From Janibacter sp. (GTDB lineage Bacteria > Actinomycetota > Actinomycetes > Actinomycetales > Dermatophilaceae), in assembly GCA_052087725.1 (NCBI GenBank), contig JBQGNO010000002.1, forward strand, positions 1 to 47,947: a DNA stretch of 47,947 nucleotides. Reading direction: 5' to 3'. Below, one piece after another: positions 1-8,286 of this stretch. The position numbers and the translations under genes are program-made. The notes beneath the pieces are model-generated. The model was not told where the DNA came from and ran no database searches. It was given only the letters and a program-made list of their open reading frames with translations. Every line of letters starts with the position of its first letter. Within the stretch, counting starts at the first letter, position 1.

Positions 1-256
1 GTTCGTCGGAGGGCAGTGCCGATGGGGCTGCTGGTGACGGCAGTTCTGATGGGTCTGCTGGTTCGTCGGAGGGCAGTGCCGATGGGGCTGCTGGTGACGG
101 CAGTTCTGATGGGTCTGCTGGTTCGTCGGAGGGCAGTGCCGATGGGGCTGCTGGTGACGGCAGTTCTGATGGGTCTGCTGGTTCGTCGGAGGGCAGTGCC
201 GATGGGGCTGCTGGTGACGGCAGTTCTGATGGGTCCGCTGGTTCGTCGGAGGGCAG
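1..256 (+). repeat. 60-bp coding tandem repeat, at least 4.3 copies, truncated by the window edge
   Basis: Units 1-60, 61-120 and 121-180 are identical. Unit 181-240 has one substitution, and a partial fifth copy starts at 241. Confidence 0.97.
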
Positions 257-563
257 CTCCGACGAGGCCGCCGTCGACGGCTCCTCTGATGGCGTCGTCA
301 TCGTTGATTCGACGTCCAGTGGTGCTACCGGCATCCCGACTGTGACGGTGACTGAGGATGCGAGCGACGATGCGTCGCAGGCGGATTCAGCAGCGTCCCA
401 GGCGACGTCCGGGTCGCCCGTCATCCCGACGGGTGGAGTCGAGACCGGAGGTGGGGCCACTGCCGACACCGGCCGTGACAACACCCTGGCGCTCGGTCTG
501 GGTCTGCTGGGAGGCGCCTTCGCGCTGTCCCTCGGCGCCCCCGCCCGACGCCGCACCGAGTGA
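3..563 (+). CDS. 5'-partial surface protein with a Ser/Gly/Asp tandem-repeat stalk and a C-terminal sorting signal (putative class F sortase substrate)
   Basis: The frame starting at 3 is open from the window edge to TGA 561-563 and is the same frame as ORF 342..563. It encodes (SSEGSADGAAGDGSSDGSAG)n, then IPTGGVETGG, a hydrophobic stretch and a basic tail (ARRRTE). It lies directly upstream of a sortase. Confidence 0.85.
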   Translation, partial: SSEGSADGAAGDGSSDGSAGSSEGSADGAAGDGSSDGSAGSSEGSADGAAGDGSSDGSAGSSEGSADGAAGDGSSDGSAGSSEGSSDEAAVDGSSDGVVIVDSTSSGATGIPTVTVTEDASDDASQADSAASQATSGSPVIPTGGVETGGGATADTGRDNTLALGLGLLGGAFALSLGAPARRRTE

Positions 564-604
564 TCACCGCACTGGCTGATCACCACAGATAGGGCCGGAC
601 TCAC

Positions 605-637
605 GGGCGGTGGGTGTTCCCCTGACACCCACCGCCC
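605..637 (+). terminator. Intergenic stem-loop between the substrate and sortase genes
   Basis: GGGCGGTGGGTGT-N7-ACACCCACCGCCC, a perfect 13-bp stem with no U-tract. Confidence 0.6.
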
Positions 638-688
638 TGGGTCCGACCCCCTTCGCGTCCATCTCGTCGACCCGGAAAGAGGCCCGAC

Positions 689-1348
689 ATGAAGCGCACC
701 AAGCCACCTGCGTGGCGCGTGGTGGCCCTGATCGCCGCCGTCGGGTTGTTCTTCGGCGCCTTTGCCGCTGCATCAGGCAGCGGTCCGCCCGCGAAGACGG
801 AGTCGCCGTCGTCGGGGGCGGACCGGTCAGCGGCTCCGGCCGTTCACGCTCCTTCCGGAGCGTCCTCCCAGCCCCGGTCCGGGGTCGCGCCGGAGAGCGT
901 GCACATCCCCAGCCTGGAGGTCGACGCGTCCCTCCTCGACCTCGGGCTGACGAAGGGAGGTCAGCTGGAGGTCCCGACGATGGCCCAGGCGGACCGTCCC
1001 GGTTGGTACGAGCATTCGTCGGTGCCCGGTGAGACCGGCCCGGCCGTGATCGCCGGGCACGTTGACTCCCAGACGGGTCCGGCAGTGTTCTTCGAGCTCG
1101 ACACCCTGCAGGAGGACGACACGATCCGGGTGGACCGCAGCGATGGGAAGACCGCGGTCTTCGCCGTGACCAAGGTCGCCGCGTACGACAAGGACGAGTT
1201 CCCCACCGATGCGGTGTATGGATCCGTGGCAGGCCAGGAGCTTCGTCTGATCACCTGCGGTGGTGACTTCGAGCAGGACGAAGGGAGTTACGAGCAGAAT
1301 GTGGTCGTCTTCGCCGAGCTGCGCGAGACGGTCCCGACCTCGTCCTGA
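689..1348 (+). CDS. Class F sortase
   Basis: N-terminal membrane anchor; GWY, PGETGPAVIAGHVD (catalytic His), LRLITCGG (catalytic Cys), and Asn (EQNVVV) at the usual Arg position. Confidence 0.93.
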   Translation: MKRTKPPAWRVVALIAAVGLFFGAFAAASGSGPPAKTESPSSGADRSAAPAVHAPSGASSQPRSGVAPESVHIPSLEVDASLLDLGLTKGGQLEVPTMAQADRPGWYEHSSVPGETGPAVIAGHVDSQTGPAVFFELDTLQEDDTIRVDRSDGKTAVFAVTKVAAYDKDEFPTDAVYGSVAGQELRLITCGGDFEQDEGSYEQNVVVFAELRETVPTSS

Positions 1349-1358
1349 GGTCGGAGCC

Positions 1359-2591
1359 TCAGCCCCTCGGCGCGTGCTGGGCGTCGATGTCCGGGGCGGG
1401 CGCCACCGGTCCCTGTGGGGTGCGCCTGTCCGATCCGACCGTGGTGTCGCAGGTCTGGCCCACCGCCTCGATCAGCAGATCGTTGACCGGCGGCTCCTTC
1501 GCGGAGTCCCAGCTGCGACCGGTCCACGCGATGGTGACCCGGGTCTTCCCGTCCTGGCTGGAGAAGGCGAAGTTGCGCGTCCCGAAGGACGCTCCGTCGT
1601 GGCCGTACATCACGCCACAGGGGGTCTGCACCGAGTAGATGCCCAGGCCGTACCCCGCGAGAGACCCGGAGGTCGTCTGCGGCGTGATCATCTGGTTGAC
1701 GCGTGACTTCGGGACGAGCTTGCCGGAGAAGAGGGCCGTGTAGAAGCGATTGACATCCCGGGTGGTCGACTCGACACCACCGGACCCGCTGAAGATCGAG
1801 GGGTTGACGCGCAAACGGGTGGGCTTCCCGTCGATCGTGGCGATCTCCTGCAGGCCCCGACCCGCAAAACGCGTCGACGTCGACAGGTGCGACCTCGTCA
1901 TCCCGGCCGGCTTGAAGATGCGCCACTCGAGGAGCCCGGCGAGGGTCGCGTCGTTCTCACGCTCGAGCATCTTGCCCAGGGTGACGTACCCGGTGTTGGA
2001 GTAGCGCGCCTTCGCACCACCCTCGAAGTAGAAGGGCTTCTCCCGGGCGATGGAGATCAGCCGCGTGTCGTACCAGCGCTTCTCCCAGAAGTTGCCCTGG
2101 TCCATGTGCTCGGTGTGATTGGGCATCCCGCTGCGGTGGCTGAGCAGCTGACGCACCGTCCGGTCGCCGCCGCCCGGGTAGAGGTTGGGGAAGACATCGT
2201 GGACGCGGGTGTCGAGTGTCCAGTTGCCGGCCTCGATCTCCTTCATCACCAGCGTCGCGACCATCGACTTCGTCACGCTCGCGGCGTGGTACCGGTCAGT
2301 GGGTTCGGCGGCAGTGCGCGGGCCGATGTCGGAGTAGCCCGCTGAGGTCCGATAGGTGCCCTTGGCGCTGGCCAGCTCCATCGTCAGGCCGGTCGCGCCC
2401 TTCGCCCGGACGGCTTTGATCTTCTGGTGGAGGGCCGCCCGGTCGTAGCCGTCGGCGCTGCTCGTGGAGCTGGTGCGGTCCGCGCCCGTCCGGGTGGAGT
2501 CGGCGGGGGTGGCGCTGACCGTCGGGCTCGCCACCAGACCGAGGGCGGTGACGGCGGCCAGGGTGACCCCGGCGCGGCGGATGGTCGGCAT
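1359..2591 (-). CDS. Secreted serine hydrolase, beta-lactamase/D-Ala-D-Ala carboxypeptidase family
   Basis: Signal peptide; SVTK (SxxK), LLSHRSG, YSN and GHDG motifs. An alternative start is 2612. Confidence 0.88.
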   Translation of the reverse strand: MPTIRRAGVTLAAVTALGLVASPTVSATPADSTRTGADRTSSTSSADGYDRAALHQKIKAVRAKGATGLTMELASAKGTYRTSAGYSDIGPRTAAEPTDRYHAASVTKSMVATLVMKEIEAGNWTLDTRVHDVFPNLYPGGGDRTVRQLLSHRSGMPNHTEHMDQGNFWEKRWYDTRLISIAREKPFYFEGGAKARYSNTGYVTLGKMLERENDATLAGLLEWRIFKPAGMTRSHLSTSTRFAGRGLQEIATIDGKPTRLRVNPSIFSGSGGVESTTRDVNRFYTALFSGKLVPKSRVNQMITPQTTSGSLAGYGLGIYSVQTPCGVMYGHDGASFGTRNFAFSSQDGKTRVTIAWTGRSWDSAKEPPVNDLLIEAVGQTCDTTVGSDRRTPQGPVAPAPDIDAQHAPRG

Positions 2592-2687
2592 GGTGACTCC
2601 CTGCGTGGGCATGTGTGATGGACCGCACCGACCCTAACGAAGGGGGCCGGGCTTTCGCCGCCGCCTGACAGCGGGCAAGATGCAAGG

Positions 2688-3341
2688 GTGACTTCCTCGG
2701 ACCTGACAGACCGCTGCCGTGAGAGCCGGGACGAGTTCTGGCGCAGCGTCGGCCAGCTCGGTGCTTATCAGGACCCGCTGGGTGGTGTGGACGAGCCTGC
2801 CGTGTGGCCCACCGGCGCGTCGGCCTATGCGCGTGTGACGACCGTCCACTCCGGGATCGTCGCGACCGACGGCCTGAGCGACCCGGGACCGCACGACGTG
2901 TCCGGGCGCGCGCCCGGGCTGGGGCTGGAGATCTACATCGAGAGCACCGAGCTGATGGACGAGTCCTATGGCGCGGCCAGCTGGCTCGTCACAGCGCTCG
3001 AAGAGGCCGCCGGCGCGATTGCCGGTGCGGCTGACAGCCTCGGTGAGGCACTCACCGACCACGGGCTGCTCTCGCTCGAGCTCTCCGGCGCCGGCGCTCC
3101 CGCCGACTGGGTCTCGGATGGACGCCTCGGAGCGCTGCTCGGCGTCGAGCTGCCCGGCCGGGCCACCGGGTTCGACTTCGACGGGAGCACGGTCCGCGCG
3201 TTGAGCTTCAGCCCCCTTCGCCCCAGTGAGCTGGCGGCGATCACCGCCGAGGGGCCGGATGGCCGTCGTCGGGTGGCGCAGGCGCTGGCCGCGCAGGGGT
3301 GGTACTCCTATGCCGACACCGAGCGACCGCCGGTGCTGTGA
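2688..3341 (+). CDS. Hypothetical protein, possibly Suppressor-of-fused (SUFU)-like domain
   Basis: Coding-like ORF. The ATDGLSDP...GLGLEIYIE pattern and C-terminal PLRPSEL resemble bacterial SUFU-domain proteins. Confidence 0.55.
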   Translation: MTSSDLTDRCRESRDEFWRSVGQLGAYQDPLGGVDEPAVWPTGASAYARVTTVHSGIVATDGLSDPGPHDVSGRAPGLGLEIYIESTELMDESYGAASWLVTALEEAAGAIAGAADSLGEALTDHGLLSLELSGAGAPADWVSDGRLGALLGVELPGRATGFDFDGSTVRALSFSPLRPSELAAITAEGPDGRRRVAQALAAQGWYSYADTERPPVL

Positions 3342-3358
3342 CCTGACCTGACCGAAGA

Positions 3359-3397
3359 GTGAGGGCCCCGGGAGACCATGTCTCCCGGGGCCCTCAC
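3359..3397. terminator. Bidirectional terminator hairpin between convergent genes
   Basis: GTGAGGGCCCCGGGAGAC-CAT-GTCTCCCGGGGCCCTCAC, a perfect 18-bp stem. Confidence 0.8.
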
Positions 3398-3411
3398 CCG
3401 TGGTGCACCGG

Positions 3412-5043
3412 TCAGTTGTCCGGCGTGTCGTGCTTCAGCTCGGTGCCCTCCATCTTGGGCAGCTCGCCGGTGTTGCCGTGCTCGGCACGGATGGCCGCCA
3501 CCTCGGCGTCAGTGCCGGCACCCAGCTCGAAGAGCCGCCCCGACTTGCGGTCGGCGATGTACTCCTTCATCTCCTTGCGGATCTCCGGCAGCAGGATGTA
3601 CAGGGCAGCCAGATTGATGAACCCGCAGAGGAAGAGGAAGGCGTCGGTCAGCGTCAGGACCTGACCGAAGGTCAGGACCGTACCGATGACGGTGAAGGCG
3701 CAGAAGATGACCTTGTAGATGCTGAGCGACAACCTGGTGTGGCCGAAGAAGAACTCCCAGGCCTTCTCGCCGTAGTAGCTCCACGTCACGAGTGTGGAGA
3801 AGGCGAAGAGCGCGACCCCGACCGCGAGGACCGCCGGGAACCACGGCAGGAAGGTGCCGAAGGCGTCCGAGGTGAGGCTGACGCCGTCCGGGACCGGGCC
3901 GCCGTCGATGACCTGGTCGACGCCGCCTTGGAAGGACGGGTGGTCGGCGATGATGATCGTCAGGGCGGTCATCGTGCAGACGATGACGGTGTCGATGAAG
4001 GGTTCCATCAGGGCGACGAAGCCCTCGGAGACCGGCCGACGGGTCTTCACCGGCGAGTGCGCGATCGGAGCCGAACCGAGACCGGCCTCGTTGGAGAAGG
4101 CCGCGCGCTGGAACCCGACGATGAGGACACCGACGAGACCACCGAGGCCAGCCTGCGGGGTGAACGCCCCCGAGAAGATGTCGCTGACGGCCCCGGGGAT
4201 GTGGCCGAAGTTGCCGAGGATGACGAAGAGGCACGCGATGACGTAGGCGATGCCCATGAAGGGCACGAGCTTGCTCGTGACACGGGCGATCGACTTGATG
4301 CCGCCGATGATGACCGCGGCGACGAGGCCGGCGAGGAGCAGGCCGAAGATCAGCGCCGCACCATCGGAGCCGAGGAAGCCGTCGTCACCGCCGGTGACCT
4401 CCTGCGCCTGGACGAAGGTCTGGTTGGCCTGGAACATGTTGCCGCCACCGACGCCGAAGCCGAAGATCGCGACGGCGAAGAGGCCGGTGAGGACCATCGC
4501 CGGGCCCTTGCCGAAGAGCCGTCCGAAGGCGACCGGCATGTACTTGAAGGGGCCACCGGAGAAGGTGCCGTCGTCATTCATCTTGCGGTACTTCACACCC
4601 ATGGTGCACTCGGCGAACTTCGTGGCCATGCCGAGCAGACCGCAGATGATCATCCCGACGGTGGCGCCGGCGCCACCGAGGGCCATGGCCGCACCGACAC
4701 CGGCGATGTTGCCCAGACCGACCGTCCCGGACAAGGCCGAGGAGAGGGCCTGGAAGTGGGTGATCTCGCCCGGGTCGCCGTCACGGGAGAACTTGCCCCG
4801 GACGACCTCGATCGACAGCCTGAAAAAGCGGAACTGCACGAACCCGAGGGTGATCGAGATGATCGTCGCCGCGGCGACGAGCCACAGCACGACGATGGGG
4901 ATCTCGATGCCTCCGATGGAGAAGGCGTAGAAGACCCATCCGTCCATCCACACGGCGAAGGGTTCGAAGAAGGAGTTGATCTTGTCTTCGATGGCGGAGA
5001 GTGCACCGCCCTCGGCGGCAGGAAGAAGCGCAAGTGTGCTCAT
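3412..5043 (-). CDS. Alanine/glycine:cation symporter (AGCS family)
   Basis: HFQALSSALSGTVGLGNIAGV, SGGPFKY, RAAFSNEAGLGSAPIAH and EPFIDT motifs; many TM segments. Confidence 0.95.
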   Translation of the reverse strand: MSTLALLPAAEGGALSAIEDKINSFFEPFAVWMDGWVFYAFSIGGIEIPIVVLWLVAAATIISITLGFVQFRFFRLSIEVVRGKFSRDGDPGEITHFQALSSALSGTVGLGNIAGVGAAMALGGAGATVGMIICGLLGMATKFAECTMGVKYRKMNDDGTFSGGPFKYMPVAFGRLFGKGPAMVLTGLFAVAIFGFGVGGGNMFQANQTFVQAQEVTGGDDGFLGSDGAALIFGLLLAGLVAAVIIGGIKSIARVTSKLVPFMGIAYVIACLFVILGNFGHIPGAVSDIFSGAFTPQAGLGGLVGVLIVGFQRAAFSNEAGLGSAPIAHSPVKTRRPVSEGFVALMEPFIDTVIVCTMTALTIIIADHPSFQGGVDQVIDGGPVPDGVSLTSDAFGTFLPWFPAVLAVGVALFAFSTLVTWSYYGEKAWEFFFGHTRLSLSIYKVIFCAFTVIGTVLTFGQVLTLTDAFLFLCGFINLAALYILLPEIRKEMKEYIADRKSGRLFELGAGTDAEVAAIRAEHGNTGELPKMEGTELKHDTPDN

Positions 5044-5122
5044 GAGGCACGACAACAGCACTCATCGGGACTGCTCGGGGCTGATTTGCCGTCTCCTGAC
5101 GAAGTCGTCACCACTCTGTGAC

Positions 5123-6496
5123 CTAGGTCACTGTGCGTCGAGGTCGCCGTGCGCCGGTCACGGCCCAGGCATCGCCGCGGATGCGCCACCACATGAAGGC
5201 GCCGCGCACGAGCATGAAGCCGCTGAACGCCAGCCACAGCGCGACGACCGACCACGCGGATCCGTGCCCGTCGCCGAGCACGTGCGCGAGGGCGACGATC
5301 GGCAGGTACGCGACGAGCACGAGGATCATCGAGCCGGCGAGCCAGGGTCCGTCTCCGGCCCCGATGAGCACGCCGTCGACGACGAAGACATAGCCGGAGA
5401 GCGGCTGGGCGAGGGCCACGACGATCAGGCCGGCTGCGATGCCCGAGCGCACCTGCGGGTCATCGGTGAAGAGGGCCGGGATCACCCGGTGCAGGGCGAG
5501 GAGGGTCAGGCCCAGGCCCACTCCGCCCCACACGCCCCACCGGACCATGAAGGCCGTGGCGGCGCGGGCCCCCTTCGCATCACCGCTGCCGAGCGAGGCG
5601 CCGGTGAGCGCCTGGCCGGCGATGGCCAGGGCGTCGAGGGCGAAGACGAGCAGCGACCAGATCGTCGTCGTCACCTGGTAGGCGGCCAGCGGTACGTCGC
5701 CGAAGTCGGCGGCCACGGCGACGGTGAGCAGGATGATCGCCCGCAGGGCGAGGGTGCGGACCAGGAGCGGCGCACCGTCGAGGGCGGCGTCGATGACCCG
5801 ACGGATGTGCGGACGCATCGAGGCATGGGCACCGTGCCCCTGCCACATGACGACCGCGATGAGCCCGATGGCCATGCCCCACTGGGCGATGACGGTGGCC
5901 CAGGCGGCTCCCGCGATGCCCATGCCGGCGCCGAGGACCAGGACGACGCTGAGCACGGCATTGCCCCCGAAACCGAGGGTGGCTGCCACGAGCGGGGTCC
6001 TCGTGTCCTGCAGCCCGCGCAGGATGCCGGTCGTCGCGAGCACGAGGAGCATGGCGGGGACGCCGAGGGCGCTGATCCGCAGGTAAGTGATCGCCTCGGC
6101 GAGGGCTTCGGGGGAGGAGCCGAAGGCGCCCGCGAGCTGGGGGGCGAAGACCGCCATGACGATCGCGGCGAGCAGGCCCAGGGCGCCGGCCAGCCAGATG
6201 CCTCCGGTGCCGACCTCGATCGCGCCCTTCGTCGACCCGGCGCCGACCTGACGGGCGACGACGCTCGTGGTCCCGTAGGCGAGGAAGACGAAGACCCCGG
6301 TCGCGGTGAGCAGCACGGAGCTCGCCGTCCCCAGACCGGCGAGCGGGACGACGCCGAGGCGCCCGACGACGGCGGCGTCGACCATGAGGAAGAGCGGCTC
6401 CGCCACGAGGGCGAGGAAGGCCGGGATCGCGAGCGCGAGGACTTCGCGGGGGCCGGCCCGGATCGGCGCCGGGGCCGGTGGCGGGGTCGAGGACAT
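5123..6496 (-). CDS. MATE family efflux transporter (DinF-like)
   Basis: LALAIPAFLALVAEPLFLMVD, GILRGLQDTRTPL and DALAIAGQ motifs; about 12 TM segments. Confidence 0.92.
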   Translation of the reverse strand: MSSTPPPAPAPIRAGPREVLALAIPAFLALVAEPLFLMVDAAVVGRLGVVPLAGLGTASSVLLTATGVFVFLAYGTTSVVARQVGAGSTKGAIEVGTGGIWLAGALGLLAAIVMAVFAPQLAGAFGSSPEALAEAITYLRISALGVPAMLLVLATTGILRGLQDTRTPLVAATLGFGGNAVLSVVLVLGAGMGIAGAAWATVIAQWGMAIGLIAVVMWQGHGAHASMRPHIRRVIDAALDGAPLLVRTLALRAIILLTVAVAADFGDVPLAAYQVTTTIWSLLVFALDALAIAGQALTGASLGSGDAKGARAATAFMVRWGVWGGVGLGLTLLALHRVIPALFTDDPQVRSGIAAGLIVVALAQPLSGYVFVVDGVLIGAGDGPWLAGSMILVLVAYLPIVALAHVLGDGHGSAWSVVALWLAFSGFMLVRGAFMWWRIRGDAWAVTGARRPRRTVT

Positions 6497-6519
6497 ACCC
6501 CGACCCTACGAAGTGCGCG

Positions 6520-8286
6520 TCAGTCCTCCCACGCGGCCCAGAGCTCGGCGTAGCGCCCGCCGGCGGCGACGAGCTCGTCGTGGGGCCCGTCCTCGACGAC
6601 CCATCCGTCGTGGAGCACGAGGACGCGGTCCGCGGCGGCCGACTGGGTGAGCCGGTGGGCGACGATGATCGCCCCCCGCCCGGCCGTGACGTCCAGCGCG
6701 GCCTGCTCGAGGTCACGTGCCCCGGCGGACCCGGCCTCGGCGGTGGCCTCGTCGAGCACGACGAACCAGGGATCGGCGAGGGCGACCCGGGCGAGGGCGA
6801 GCTGTTGCGCCTGCGCCGGGGTCAGGGGGTGGGACCCGTCCCCGATCCGGGCGTCGAGGCCCTCGGGGAGAGCATCGATCCAGCGGAGGGCCCCGGCGGA
6901 GCGAAGGGCGTGACGCACCGCGGCGTCGTCGGCGTCCTCGGCCACGAGGGTTACCGCCTCCCGGATGGTCCCGGCGAAGACGTGGACGTCCTGGCTGATG
7001 AGGACGATCCGCTCGCGCAGGGCGGCGGCGTCCATCCCGACGAAGGGGGCGCCCCCGAGGGCCACCTGCCCGGTCGAGGGGGGCAGAACGCCAGCAGCGA
7101 TGGCCCCGAGTGTCGTCTTGCCGGCGCCGGTGGCGCCGACGAGCGCGACCCGCTGCCCGGGCTCGATCGTCAGGTCGATGCCGGAGAGGACGGGATGGCC
7201 CTCGACGTAGGCGTGCCCGACCCCGGTGAGCGTGAGCGGGCCGGCCTGCGACGGGGGCTCGACGGTCGGCCGCGGCGGCTGCGGCATGAGGGCCACGCCG
7301 GCGAGGCGGGTCAGGGAGGCGCCGGCGGCCTGGACCCGGTCGAAGGTCGTGAGCAGCGCGCCGATCGGGTTGAAGAGGCGGTGGAAGTACAGCGCGGCGG
7401 CCGTCACCGCGCCGACAGTGCCGGACCCGGAGCGCACGAGGAGGAATCCCGTGGCGAGCACGAGGGCCAGCCCGATGAACTCGGCCCGGTTGGTCCGGGC
7501 GAAGAAGCGGGTGAGCATCCGGAAGACGTCGACCGCGATCTGTCGGGCCTCGTCGGAGCGCCTTTCGATCTGCGTGACCTGACCCGTCTCGAGGTCGTGG
7601 GCCCGCAGCGTGCGCGCTCCCTGCAGACCCGAGATGAGGGCCTGCGCGCGCTCGCCCTCGGCGATGCGCTCGCGCGCGTAGTACGGACCGGAGCGCGGCA
7701 GGTACCAGCGCAGTCCGGCGATGTAGAAGGGGATCGTGGCCAGCCCGGCGAGCCCGAGTCGCCAGTCGAGGGCGAAGAGCCCCGCCCCGGTGAAGGCGAC
7801 GAGGACGAGTGACATCACGAGGGTGGGGACGAGCTCGGCGAGGGCGGTGGTGACCGTGCGGGCGTCGTCGCCGACCCGGGCGAGCACGTCCCCGGTGCCG
7901 GCGGACTCGACGCGGGCCGAGTCGAGGGAGAGGGCGCGGTCGAGGACGTCCTCGCGCAGCTCCGCGAGAGCTGGTTCGCCGGCCCGGGCGAGGAAGGCCA
8001 CCGATGCCCAGGTGGCCAGTCCCTCCACCACGGCCGCGACCGCGATGACCGCTGCGGCGGTGGTTACCTCGACGGTGCTGCCTCCGTCGACGACGAGGTC
8101 GGCGATCCGACCGAGCATCCACGGGGCGACGAGGGCGCTCGCCCCGGCGACGGCAAAGGCGGCGATGGCCAGTGCCAGCGGGGTCCGGTGCGTCCGGACG
8201 AGACGCCAGGTCAGGCGGGTCGTCGCGCGGCGGTCCGCCGTGGGCAGCAGGTCCCGGGGGGGAGAAGGGGGGGTGTCGGCGCTCAT
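6520..8286 (-). CDS. ABC exporter TMD-NBD subunit with intact Walker A/B
   Basis: GATGAGKT and VVLDEAT motifs, degenerate signature LTPAQAQQ; start ATG overlaps the upstream stop (ATGA). Confidence 0.92.
   Translation of the reverse strand: MSADTPPSPPRDLLPTADRRATTRLTWRLVRTHRTPLALAIAAFAVAGASALVAPWMLGRIADLVVDGGSTVEVTTAAAVIAVAAVVEGLATWASVAFLARAGEPALAELREDVLDRALSLDSARVESAGTGDVLARVGDDARTVTTALAELVPTLVMSLVLVAFTGAGLFALDWRLGLAGLATIPFYIAGLRWYLPRSGPYYARERIAEGERAQALISGLQGARTLRAHDLETGQVTQIERRSDEARQIAVDVFRMLTRFFARTNRAEFIGLALVLATGFLLVRSGSGTVGAVTAAALYFHRLFNPIGALLTTFDRVQAAGASLTRLAGVALMPQPPRPTVEPPSQAGPLTLTGVGHAYVEGHPVLSGIDLTIEPGQRVALVGATGAGKTTLGAIAAGVLPPSTGQVALGGAPFVGMDAAALRERIVLISQDVHVFAGTIREAVTLVAEDADDAAVRHALRSAGALRWIDALPEGLDARIGDGSHPLTPAQAQQLALARVALADPWFVVLDEATAEAGSAGARDLEQAALDVTAGRGAIIVAHRLTQSAAADRVLVLHDGWVVEDGPHDELVAAGGRYAELWAAWED

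Noticed and set aside
1-256. Possible CRISPR array
   Set aside because: The units are contiguous and identical with no unique spacers, lie in an open coding frame, and no cas genes are present.
16-345. ORF with (MGLLVTAVL...RRRAVP) repeats
   Set aside because: It is an alternate frame of the tandem repeat; the frame starting at 3 continues into the sorting signal and is the plausible gene.
1359-2612. True beta-lactamase resistance gene
   Set aside because: The motifs fit the broad serine hydrolase/DD-peptidase family; nothing specifically indicates class A/C/D activity.
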